This document shows, in pieces, positions 55,720-64,000 of a stretch of 64,000 bases of DNA. Position 1 is the stretch's first letter; each line of letters starts with the position of its first letter. The position numbers and the translations under genes are program-made. The notes below the pieces were generated by a model that saw only the letters and a program-made list of their open reading frames with translations, was not told the origin of the DNA and did not search any database. Origin of the DNA: an uncultured Phycisphaerales bacterium (GTDB taxonomy: Bacteria; Planctomycetota; B15-G4); contig CAZIAK010000008.1 in the NCBI GenBank assembly GCA_964537035.1, positions 624-64,623 of the forward strand, in the 5' to 3' direction.

Positions 55720-56781
55720 ATGGGCGACCTTGAGCTGGAGCACATCCCTGTGCTGGAGCGGCCCGACACCCTGGGCGCCCCGGTTGGCGAGATCGCCGCA
55801 GCGGCCCCGGATGGCCAGGTCTTGCTGCAGTTCCCCGGGGCAGCCACCGACCTCGACCTGGCCGCCCTCCGCGACCGCCTCTGGCCAGCCTGGCACGTCT
55901 CGGCCGTCTATCGCGTCGATAGCCAGGGCCAGATCTCCCGCCAGGCCGTTTCCGGCGCCACACCCATCCCCGGCCAGCTCCCCGGCGGTGCCGCCGTGTT
56001 CCTCTACGTGCGCGACCGCGAACGGGCCCTGGGGCGGGACAGCACCCGAGCCAAGTTCGACCTCAACGCCGAGGGCTGGAACGGCCAGCCAGGCACCCCG
56101 TCCTACGCCCACTACCGCTGGATGCGGCGGCTGCTCGCCGACGTCGCCGGTCCCGTGAAGGGCCTGCGCACCCTCGATGCTGGTTGCGGCGCGGGCTGGG
56201 TGGGCATCGAGGCGGCCCTGGCCGGTGCCATGGCGTCGGCCTTTGACCCCAGCCCGGCGATGGTCGAGATCGCCTCCAAGAACGCCGTCGAGTGCGGCGT
56301 CGACCTGGACGCCCGGGTGGGCTTCGTCGAGGAGGTGCCCTTCGAGCACTCCTTCGAGCTGGTGCTCAACTCGGGGGTGATCAGCTTCGCCCCGGACGCC
56401 GACGTCTATCTGGGCACCCTCGACCAGCTGGTCGAGCCCGGCGGCTTGCTGGTCATCGGCGACCTCAACCCCTGCTCTGGTGGTTTCGCCCGGCGACGCA
56501 AGCGGCCCATCCTGCCCGCCCGCGAGCTCAACGGTCTGCGCCGAGACGTGGTCGAGCAGCACCTGATCGATCGGGGCTACACCATCGATGGCCGCTGGTA
56601 CTACCAGCTGACCTTCCCGATCCCCGAGCTCATGGCCCTCTCGGCTCAGCGGCTCTCGGGCTTCGGCACGCCCCTGGCCCTGGCCTTCAACAAGCTCGCC
56701 ACGGCGACTGACCACGCCCTGGGCTCACCCTTCAAGGGCCGCTTCGACAGCTGGATCCTGCGCGCCCGCAAGCCTGGCTAG
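55720..56781 (+). CDS. Class I SAM-dependent methyltransferase with N-terminal extension
   Basis: TLDAGCGAGWVG motif I, FDPSPAMV, FELVL and PGGLLVI. Start re-called to ATG 55720. Confidence 0.85.
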   Translation: MGDLELEHIPVLERPDTLGAPVGEIAAAAPDGQVLLQFPGAATDLDLAALRDRLWPAWHVSAVYRVDSQGQISRQAVSGATPIPGQLPGGAAVFLYVRDRERALGRDSTRAKFDLNAEGWNGQPGTPSYAHYRWMRRLLADVAGPVKGLRTLDAGCGAGWVGIEAALAGAMASAFDPSPAMVEIASKNAVECGVDLDARVGFVEEVPFEHSFELVLNSGVISFAPDADVYLGTLDQLVEPGGLLVIGDLNPCSGGFARRRKRPILPARELNGLRRDVVEQHLIDRGYTIDGRWYYQLTFPIPELMALSAQRLSGFGTPLALAFNKLATATDHALGSPFKGRFDSWILRARKPG

Positions 56782-56959
56782 TCCGACCTATTCACGGACT
56801 CCTGCTGCGAACGCGTTTGCGCCTTCGTGGACTGCGTTGGAGTCCACGATGCCATCCTCAACGGGGTGGCACCCCGCCTCCGGTGCCATCGCGCCCTCCG
56901 CCTTGCCACGAAGGCGCAACCACGCTCTCGCGACGAACTCCGCGAATAGGTCGGACTAG
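56778..56959. repeat. 182-bp nested palindrome bounded by CTAG (MITE-like)
   Basis: Arms 56778-56798/56939-56959 match 20/21; 56817-56830/56906-56919 match 14/14; inner hairpin at 56867-56888. Confidence 0.8.
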
Positions 56960-57108
56960 CAGACTGTGCGTAGAGTGCCCCGCGCCCCAGGTCAGCAGCC
57001 TCGCAACACTCAATGTGGCCCGCCGACCCAGGCCAGCCCACACACTCAAACCAGCCCGGCGACCCAGCCCGCTCCATCGATCTCTGGCCTGCCAGAGACA
57101 ACCACAGC

Positions 57109-57277
57109 GAAGGCCCCAGCCCCCCGTCTCTCCACCGGCGAGGGCTGCCCTGTTTCTCGCCAAGGGGGGTCTGGAGCGAGTTCACGAGGCGAAGCCGAGT
57201 TGTCTGGGCGCCACGGCCCCCTTGGCGAGAAACAGGGCAGCCCGGAAGACGTCAGAGACGGAGCTCTGGAGCACAGA
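57109..57277 (+). repeat. Nested palindromic intergenic repeat, copy 3 of 3
   Basis: Perfect 27-bp stem 57142-57168/57217-57243; same central loop as copies 1 and 2. Confidence 0.9.
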
Positions 57278-57280
57278 GCC

Positions 57281-57715
57281 TCACTCCAGGCTGTCCTGCC
57301 CCAGCAGCTCCATGTCGTGCTCCCGCAGCACCCGCGCTGCGGCTACGGGGTCCTCGACGTGCAGGGCCAGGATCGGCTCCCCCGTCCCCCGGGCCAGCAA
57401 CGAGTAGACGTAATGCACGTTGAGCTCGGCCATGAGCAGGGCCGAGAGCACCCGCCGCACCCCATCTCGCTTGGGCAGGGCCACGGCCAGCAGGTCGGTC
57501 TCCAGGACCGAGTAGCCCTGGTCTTTCAGCAGCTCGGTGGCCAGGCTGGGGCGATCGACGATCAGGCGCACCACCGAGTGATCGGCGGCCTCCAGGATCG
57601 AAATGGCCCGAATGGTCAGTCCCAGGGTCTCCAGGGCCCGATTGACGCCCAGCAGGGCGCCCACTCGGTTGGGCAGAAACACGGACAGCTGCTTGATGTC
57701 GGGGGTGTCAGTCAT
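57281..57715 (-). CDS. Tandem ACT-domain protein
   Basis: IKQLSVFLPNRVGAL, I.AISI.E.AD, R.IVD.P and LN.V.Y.Y motifs. Confidence 0.88.
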   Translation of the reverse strand: MTDTPDIKQLSVFLPNRVGALLGVNRALETLGLTIRAISILEAADHSVVRLIVDRPSLATELLKDQGYSVLETDLLAVALPKRDGVRRVLSALLMAELNVHYVYSLLARGTGEPILALHVEDPVAAARVLREHDMELLGQDSLE

Positions 57716-57971
57716 TGCCTGGCCGGTGTCGCACTGGGAGGTGTTTGGAGAGGCGCCCAGCTCGTGCCAGGACGGCGTCTATCTGAGCCAGGTCGGGACG
57801 GCACCTGGCTCCTGGCGGACTGGCCAGTGCTCCTCTTCTCGGTGATGAGCCCCCCTGGCTGAAGCCGGGGGGCGGCCGAGGCGGACAATTGCTAGGATCC
57901 GCGGCTCGACTGCGGGCGCAGAATCGCTCCCGACGACCAGCTACCCACCCCGTTCCTCCGGTCTTCTCCCG

Positions 57972-59072
57972 ATGTCCTCCCAGAAACAGATCGTCGTTCT
58001 CGGCGCCGGCAAAGTCGGCCAACTCGTCACCTGGTTCCTCGCTGATTGCGGCGACTACCACGTCACAGCCGTTGATCGTTCCGAAGAAAACGCCCGCCGG
58101 GCCACCACCGATTCCAGCGGCAACGTTCTGGCCAACGCCAGCTTCGCCGTGGCCGAGCTCGACGACCAGGCCCAGATCGAAGCCCTGCTGACCGACGCCG
58201 ACTACGTCATGAGCTGCGCGCCGTTCCATTGCAACGTGGGCATCGCCAAGGCGGCCGTGGCCACCGGCACGCACTACCTCGACCTCACCGAAGACGTGGC
58301 CACCACCAAGGTGGTCCACGAGCTGTCCAAGGGCAACGACCTGGCTTTCATCCCCCAGTGCGGGCTGGCGCCGGGCTTCATCTCGATCGCCGCCGCCGAT
58401 CTGGCCAAGCGCTTCGACAGCCTGGATGCGCTCAAGCTGCGGGTGGGCGCGCTGCCCCTGCACCCCCACAACCGACTCAACTACAACGTGACCTGGTCCA
58501 CCGAGGGGCTGATCAACGAGTACCGGCACCCTTGCGAAGCCGTCATCGGCGGCCACCTGGTCACCACGCCCCCTCTCGAAGACCTCGAGACGATCACCCT
58601 CGACGGGCTCGAGTACGAGGCGTTCAACACGTCGGGTGGGCTGGGCAGCCTGGCCGAGACCCTTGAGGGCAAGGTCAAGCGCCTCGACTACAAGTCGATC
58701 CGCTACCCGGGCCATCGCGAGATCCTGAAGGTCTTGATGGATGACCTGCGTCTGGGCGAAGACCCCGATCTGATGGTCAAGATCTTCGAGAAGGCCCTGC
58801 CCTACACCACCGAAGACGTGGTGCTCATCGTGGTCACGGCCTCCGGGATGCAAGACGGGCGTTTCTGCCAGGAGACCTACGTGAAGAAGGTCTACCACGC
58901 CGAGTTGGCCGATCGTCGCTGGGGAGCGATCCAGATCACCACCGCCGCGGGCCTGTGCGCCGTGCTCGATCTGCACGTCAACGGCAAGCTGCCCGCCAAG
59001 GGCTTCATCTGCCAAGAAGAGGTGGGTCTGCCCGACTTCCTGGCCAACCGCTTCGGCAAGTTCTACGCCTGA
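57972..59072 (+). CDS. Saccharopine dehydrogenase / lysine 6-dehydrogenase family protein
   Basis: VVLGAGKVG Rossmann motif, HYLDLTED, CGLAPG, VGALP, TWSTEGLINEY, EAFNTSGG, YKSIRYPGH. Confidence 0.9.
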   Translation: MSSQKQIVVLGAGKVGQLVTWFLADCGDYHVTAVDRSEENARRATTDSSGNVLANASFAVAELDDQAQIEALLTDADYVMSCAPFHCNVGIAKAAVATGTHYLDLTEDVATTKVVHELSKGNDLAFIPQCGLAPGFISIAAADLAKRFDSLDALKLRVGALPLHPHNRLNYNVTWSTEGLINEYRHPCEAVIGGHLVTTPPLEDLETITLDGLEYEAFNTSGGLGSLAETLEGKVKRLDYKSIRYPGHREILKVLMDDLRLGEDPDLMVKIFEKALPYTTEDVVLIVVTASGMQDGRFCQETYVKKVYHAELADRRWGAIQITTAAGLCAVLDLHVNGKLPAKGFICQEEVGLPDFLANRFGKFYA

Positions 59073-59274
59073 GTGAGAGCCCAGCAGCCCTTCAGGGACA
59101 CATCCTGGAGGGCTGCTGGCCATGGGCCCGCCCGGCCCCGGCCCTGACTGTAGCGGCGACAGCTACAGTCAGCGTCCACAGAGGGCAGATTCTGCAATCC
59201 CCCTCCAGCCCGTGCCGTCATCGATCCGAAGATCTCTAGTGCTCGCCCAAGATCCGGCGGCATGGAGATCATCG

Positions 59275-60786
59275 ATGCAAGGCATGAAAGTTCTCGTCGC
59301 TAGTGATGACACCGTCATCCTTCAGCTGTTCCGTGAGATGAGCGAGCAGCGGGAGCATGAACTCACTGTGGCTGGCACAGACGAGGACATCCTGGCTTGC
59401 CTGGAAGGTCCTGCGCCTGACCTGATCGTTCTGGACCTGGACGGCCGACGCCGTGACGGCGTGCACATGCTCAAGCATCTGTCACAGCTGCGGTGCTCGT
59501 CCACCGTGGTGCTCATCGGCAGCTGCAAGCCGCGCACCCTGGGGGCCGCCCGGCAGCTCGGTTCCAAGCGCGGCCTGATCATGGCTCCGCCGCTGTCCAA
59601 GCCCCTCGACAAGGCTCGCATCGTCTGCTCGGTGCTCGACATCCTGTCACCCAATCCCCTCGAGATTCGGCCCCGTGACATCGAGGCCGCCCTGGCTGGG
59701 GACCAGCTGCGACTGCACTATCAACCCCTGGTCAACCTGTCGGACTCGACGGTCTACGGCGCCGAGGCGCTGCTCCGCTGGGAGCATCCCGACCTGGGCT
59801 GGCTGCAGCCTGCGCATATCATTCCACTGGCTGAAGAGCACGGCCTGATCGTGCCCGTCACGCGCTGGGTGATCGGAGAGGCCCTTGAACAGTACAGCCG
59901 CTGGGCCAGCGCTGGCTGGCAGTTCAAGATGGCCATCAACATCTCGGCCCAGGTGCTACGCAACCCGGACTTCGCTGACGAGGTCTGTGCAGCCGCCGAG
60001 CGCACCGGCGTGCCCACGAAGAACATCATCCTCGAGGTCACCGAGAGCCAGACCCTGGCCGAGGCCGAAGAGATCGATGTGCTGGACACGCTGACGAACC
60101 TGAGCCTGAAGCACTTCGGCCTGGCCATCGACGACTTCGGCACGGGCTACTCGTCATTGGGCCGGCTCGTCTCCGCGCCCTTCACCGAGATCAAGATCGA
60201 CAAGTCGTTCGTCATGGACGCAGCCGACGTCGACGCCGGCGTGCGCCGGGACGCGGACGTCATCGTGCACACGGTCACCGACCTGGGGCACAACCTGGGC
60301 ATGACCGTCATCGCCGAAGGCGTCTCATCACGAGAAGCCTGGGATCTGGTCGATCGCCACGGGTGTGACGTGGCCCAGGGCTACTTCATCGCCAGACCCC
60401 TGGCCCCCGACGCCTTCTCCCAGTGGCTCACACGCTGGGGCGCCCCCGGCACACCGACGGACCGGCCCGAGGTGATCGAGGCCAGCAAGACGAACGAGAC
60501 ACCTGCCCCGATCGAAGGCCCGTTCTCCCCCGACGATGAGCTCGAGACCCTGGCCGATCTGGACTGCACCGAGATCGACGTGGACACGCACCCCTCCGAG
60601 CACGCTCACGACTCGGATTGCACGGACGAGAGCTGCCAGGTCCCCAGCCATGGCGCAGATCATGGTGCGAGGGCCTCGGGTTTTAATCTGGCCAAGTCTG
60701 CGGCCAGCAAGCCGCTGCAGACGGGCAGCAGCCACGCCCAGTCCAACGGCAAGACCCCCGATGGTGAGCCTTCCCACGGTTCCTGA
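59275..60786 (+). CDS. Response regulator (REC) plus EAL c-di-GMP phosphodiesterase
   Basis: REC with DLIVLD acceptor Asp; GAEALLRW, INIS, EVTES, DDFGTGYSSL, KIDKSF, AEGV and QGY. Start is 59275 or 59284. Confidence 0.92.
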   Translation: MQGMKVLVASDDTVILQLFREMSEQREHELTVAGTDEDILACLEGPAPDLIVLDLDGRRRDGVHMLKHLSQLRCSSTVVLIGSCKPRTLGAARQLGSKRGLIMAPPLSKPLDKARIVCSVLDILSPNPLEIRPRDIEAALAGDQLRLHYQPLVNLSDSTVYGAEALLRWEHPDLGWLQPAHIIPLAEEHGLIVPVTRWVIGEALEQYSRWASAGWQFKMAINISAQVLRNPDFADEVCAAAERTGVPTKNIILEVTESQTLAEAEEIDVLDTLTNLSLKHFGLAIDDFGTGYSSLGRLVSAPFTEIKIDKSFVMDAADVDAGVRRDADVIVHTVTDLGHNLGMTVIAEGVSSREAWDLVDRHGCDVAQGYFIARPLAPDAFSQWLTRWGAPGTPTDRPEVIEASKTNETPAPIEGPFSPDDELETLADLDCTEIDVDTHPSEHAHDSDCTDESCQVPSHGADHGARASGFNLAKSAASKPLQTGSSHAQSNGKTPDGEPSHGS

Positions 60787-61027
60787 TCGAGACCGGCCGC
60801 CTCGCCTGCAAGCACCGGTGGCCGCGCTGTAGAACACGGCGAGGATGGATCCTGCGCGGGGCCAGCCGCGCCCCGTGGAGCCCCTGCCCACCCGACGGGG
60901 TGTGCTGCGGGGCCCCTGCGCCCCCGCCTCCGCCCCTTTGGCGGTGTAGGCGCCTTGCGCGGCAGCTGAACCCTGCGCTGATTTCCTTTCAGCGCCGCGG
61001 GGTCCCAGGGCGTACACCGGGCAGACC

Positions 61028-61612
61028 ATGAGTTCGCCCCCAACCAACGACATCGTGGGACCGCACCTGCTCGCCGCCGTGGCGCGGGGTGAGCCAGAGT
61101 CCCTCGACCGCTGGTACCGCAGCGAGCATCCGGTCGTGTATCGCCTCTGCTTCGGCTTTCTGGCCGACGGCACCGAGGCTGAGGACGCCGCTCAGGATGC
61201 CATGCTCAAACTCGCCGACAGACTCGCCAGTTACGACCCCGGCAGGCCTTATCCCGCCTGGCGCAACACCGTCGTGCTGAACCACTGCCGGGATGTACTG
61301 CGCCGGGGAGCGACCCGGCGCAACGCAGAACAAGCGGCACCGGTGCAACTGCCAACCAGGCTGCCGGCCCGGCCTGAGGACGAGGCCAACGCAGGAGAGA
61401 TCCGCGAGTTGTTGCACCGTGCGCTGACACAGCTCAGTCCGCGAGAGCGAGAGGCCTTCGTGCTGCGCGATCTCGAAGGGCGCCCCACCCGAGAAGCCGC
61501 CGAGGTCCTGGGAGTGGGCGAGAGCACGGTGCGTTCGCTGCTCACCTTGGCCCGCCGCCGCCTGCGCCAGCTGCTCGGTGATCGCCTCGCCTTGGGAGGC
61601 TCCGCCAGATGA
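61028..61612 (+). CDS. ECF sigma-70 family factor
   Basis: EAEDAAQDAM region 2, LSPREREAFVLRDLEG and GESTVRSLL..ARRRLR region 4. Confidence 0.92.
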   Translation: MSSPPTNDIVGPHLLAAVARGEPESLDRWYRSEHPVVYRLCFGFLADGTEAEDAAQDAMLKLADRLASYDPGRPYPAWRNTVVLNHCRDVLRRGATRRNAEQAAPVQLPTRLPARPEDEANAGEIRELLHRALTQLSPREREAFVLRDLEGRPTREAAEVLGVGESTVRSLLTLARRRLRQLLGDRLALGGSAR

Positions 61613-62145
61613 CCCGTCCCGACGCCCCCACGCTCCATGACGGCACGTCAGGCGACGGCGACCCGCTGGCCGAGCTGCTTGCCGCCTGGCAGGAGCAACC
61701 CATCCCCGAGGCCACCCCTGATCTCGACGACTGTGACGACGAGACGCGGGCGGTGGTCGACTGGATGGCAGCGGCCTGGGCAGCCCAACCCGTCCCAGCC
61801 GCTGCACCGCAACGCCCCACCCGCCGACTGCCGCGCTGGCCTCGCCGTGCTGACTGGCCCCTGCTGACGCGCCGCGCCGCCGCCGCCCTGTTACTCGCGG
61901 GGCTCACCCTGACCCTGCTCTCCGGTCCCCGGCCATCCTCGGGGCGCGCAGGCTCCGGCCTGACCGCAGCAACGCAATCCACGAGCACGGGAGCCGGCGC
62001 CCAGGACGCTACAGCCACCGCCCCCTCCGCTCTCATCGACGCTCGCCCCGAGCCTCAGCTCGTCGCCGTGACCAACGACCAGATCGTCTTTCGCTCAGGC
62101 CCCGTGCGCCTGGTGCTGATCACCGACCACCTCGCGAGTGAGTGA
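61609..62145 (+). CDS. Putative single-pass anti-sigma factor
   Basis: ATGA-coupled to the sigma gene; acidic N-terminus, one TM segment, short periplasmic beta domain. Confidence 0.6.
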   Translation: MTRPDAPTLHDGTSGDGDPLAELLAAWQEQPIPEATPDLDDCDDETRAVVDWMAAAWAAQPVPAAAPQRPTRRLPRWPRRADWPLLTRRAAAALLLAGLTLTLLSGPRPSSGRAGSGLTAATQSTSTGAGAQDATATAPSALIDARPEPQLVAVTNDQIVFRSGPVRLVLITDHLASE

Positions 62146-62183
62146 CCGCTCACCACGCCCTCTCTAGTCTGAAGGAGCCCGCC

Positions 62184-63182
62184 ATGTTGCTTCCCAAGCC
62201 CCTGCTTGTCCCGTTCGTCGCCATCGCGCTCTGGATCGTCTCGGCCACACCATGCCACGGCCAGAGCACCCAGGAGTCAGGCCAGCGAGACCTGGGGGCA
62301 ACGCCCTTGATGTCCGCGAGCGCCATGACCACAACCTTCTACTCGCCAGAGAACGTGAACCCGAGAGAGCTGGCCAAGTTGGCGCATGACATCCATGGGC
62401 GCAATATCAGCATCGAAGAGAAGGGCGGGCACTTCGCCACCCCGGTGCGCAACATCCAGACCCTCGGCGATGCCCTGCTGATCTACGAGGACGAGGCCGG
62501 CGCCCAACGCATCCTGGCCTGGTGTCGGCAGATCGATGCTGAGATGAAGGCTGACGAGGAGCCTGCCGAACAGGAGCTCACCGTCACCGAATGGCGACCC
62601 AAGCACATGAGCCTGATGACGGGCTACTCCTCGCTGGCCCCGTTCCATCGGAGTGTGCGAGAATTTCACGACGGCCAGTTCGTGTCCGAGAACCAGAACA
62701 TCACCTTGCTCAAGGAGCAGGGCACCCTGGTCCTGCGCGACACCCCTCGGCAGATCGACAGCATGCTCGCCCTGCTCAACCGCGTCGATCTGCCTGAAGA
62801 GCAGTTGATGCTCACCGCCATGGTCATCACCGGGCAGCAAGACCCGGGGGTCGACCAAGGCGCCGTGCCCGCCGAGCTGAACCAGCACCTCGCCCAGATG
62901 GTGCCCTTCAGCTCGTTCCACACCGAGTCCATGGGCATGGTGCGCTCGTCGGCCCGCTCCCGTGACATCGAGATCGCCATGGACGAGGGCAACCGGCTCA
63001 AGATTCGCCCCGAGGTGTTCGACGCCGAGACCTCCACCCTCACCGCGGTGTGCGAGTTCGACTCGGTCAACGGCCTGTCCTTCGAGACCCGCACAACCAT
63101 TCGCGCCGGCGAGTACACCGTGCTCGGCGCCAGCGGCAACCAGCCCCTTTTCTGCGTTCTGCGCATCGAACGCCTCCACTGA
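62184..63182 (+). CDS. Secreted protein with secretin N-domain-like repeats but no secretin barrel
   Basis: AAGGAG RBS; signal peptide ending CHG|Q; two N-domain-like units (NIQTLGDALLIYE...I..ID; GTLVLRDTP.QI...LL.RVD.P); only ~100 aa follow. Confidence 0.6.
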   Translation: MLLPKPLLVPFVAIALWIVSATPCHGQSTQESGQRDLGATPLMSASAMTTTFYSPENVNPRELAKLAHDIHGRNISIEEKGGHFATPVRNIQTLGDALLIYEDEAGAQRILAWCRQIDAEMKADEEPAEQELTVTEWRPKHMSLMTGYSSLAPFHRSVREFHDGQFVSENQNITLLKEQGTLVLRDTPRQIDSMLALLNRVDLPEEQLMLTAMVITGQQDPGVDQGAVPAELNQHLAQMVPFSSFHTESMGMVRSSARSRDIEIAMDEGNRLKIRPEVFDAETSTLTAVCEFDSVNGLSFETRTTIRAGEYTVLGASGNQPLFCVLRIERLH

Positions 63183-63286
63183 GCCACACCGAGTGACGGC
63201 CAACGGCTGGTCTCTGCCCTTTTCAGGACGGAGGCCAGCCGTTGTCGCTTGACAAGCACCGGGGCTCATCAGGCATCGTAGAGAGA

Positions 63287-63634
63287 ATGGCCCGTCTCGC
63301 CCTCACCGACCGCTTGCTGCGCACCGCCCTGGTCGTGCTGTGCCTGTTCGCGACCGGGCCGTTTCACGAGCTGCTCCACGGCGAGATCATGGCCAACAGC
63401 GGTCAGCTCGAGTGGCATCGGGGCGATTGCGATCACCTGCCTGCGGCCAGCGAACATGGTGACTGTGCCTTTCTGGCTGCGGCCCAATTGCCCAGCTGGC
63501 TCGACCGACCGGCCCCCGTGGGTCTCTCGCCGCTCTCGTCGGTGCGACTGCTCTCCGTGTGGGACACGGCTGGCCATCCCTCGCCCCTCAACACCCACCG
63601 CATCGGCGCCCGCGCTCCCCCGCGCACAGCCTGA
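63287..63634 (+). CDS. DUF2946/CutF/CruR-like His/Cys-rich leader protein ending in RAPP
   Basis: Signal-like helix, H..LH, HRGDCDH...HGDC, Pro-rich spacer and GARAPP (RAPP at 63611-63622). Confidence 0.75.
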   Translation: MARLALTDRLLRTALVVLCLFATGPFHELLHGEIMANSGQLEWHRGDCDHLPAASEHGDCAFLAAAQLPSWLDRPAPVGLSPLSSVRLLSVWDTAGHPSPLNTHRIGARAPPRTA

Positions 63635-63714
63635 CGTCACCCTGTGGGCGATGCCTCACCGCCTCGCCCCCAGCCATACCGTGCCGCCACGCTACCGCTC
63701 CGGATGTACCCCCC

Positions 63715-64000
63715 ATGTCAGTCCACCGAACCGTGACGAGATCCGTCTCTCGCCGCCCCCGTTCTGTTGATCGTTTTTCTCCTCGCCGCCGCGCCCTTCT
63801 GCCTGCGCCGTGGCTCCGCTCGGCCAGCCTCACGGCTCTGCTCTGCCTGACCGCACCCTCGCTCAGTGCCCAGGAGGCCGACGTCGATGATCTTCGCGAG
63901 CAGCTCGAAGCTGCGCTCGCCACCATCGCCGAGCTGCAGCAACGGGTCACTCGCCTCGAAGGCCAGCAAGACGACGTCGACATCGCCGACGATCTCGAAG
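63715..64000 (+). CDS. N-terminus of a probable outer-membrane porin/receptor, running off the right edge
   Basis: Not in the ORF track. ATG 63715, signal peptide ending SLSA|Q, then the coiled coil DDLREQLEAALATIAELQQRVTRLE that often precedes porin barrels. Confidence 0.55.
   Translation, partial: MSVHRTVTRSVSRRPRSVDRFSPRRRALLPAPWLRSASLTALLCLTAPSLSAQEADVDDLREQLEAALATIAELQQRVTRLEGQQDDVDIADDLE

Noticed and set aside
23694-57277. CRISPR array or tRNA interpretation of the repeats
   Set aside because: The copies are dispersed, about 170 bp long, with no repeat-spacer periodicity, no cas genes and no tRNA cloverleaf or T-loop consensus.
57716-57971. Lysine riboswitch before the saccharopine/lysine dehydrogenase gene
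   Set aside because: No AGAGG/kink-turn signature is recognisable; only one GC-rich hairpin at about 57849-57873.

Overview
GC-rich (~68-70%) bacterial window, most likely from a planctomycete (inferred from the ECF-sigma/Ser-Thr-kinase pair, the prenyltransferase-fold protein, the coaE-rho pair and the many FG-GAP proteins). No rRNA, tRNA or CRISPR array was seen. The left 18 kb is an accessory cell-surface locus with four secreted 7-bladed FG-GAP beta-propeller proteins and a gingipain-like C25 peptidase. All five end in the same ~125-aa C-terminal domain (W..LG..LAG...PFKGGVLVP...WP.G.P.G...QHW..D...ASNG..TT); I cannot assign it to a named family. A sixth, divergent copy is possible at 48 kb. 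Two of these genes share a GTAAC-N14-GCTGAT motif 63-64 nt upstream of their starts and flank an ECF sigma plus Ser/Thr kinase pair. The centre is mostly housekeeping (cinA, ychF, tatC, comB-like, coaE, rho, an 8-gene MoxR/vWA Bat-type operon, recG, aroA, acyl-CoA dehydrogenase). The right half holds a cobalamin riboswitch controlling secreted surface proteins, an IS3 remnant bordering a lower-GC island, a second ECF module with a barrel-less secretin-like protein, and a His/Cys-rich RAPP leader peptide ahead of a probable outer-membrane protein. Non-coding structure includes a three-copy ~170-bp nested palindrome with compensatory base changes, a CTAG-flanked 182-bp palindrome and a GTAG-type REP. 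Start codons were often re-called relative to the ORF track. All assignments are by motif reading, with no database searches.
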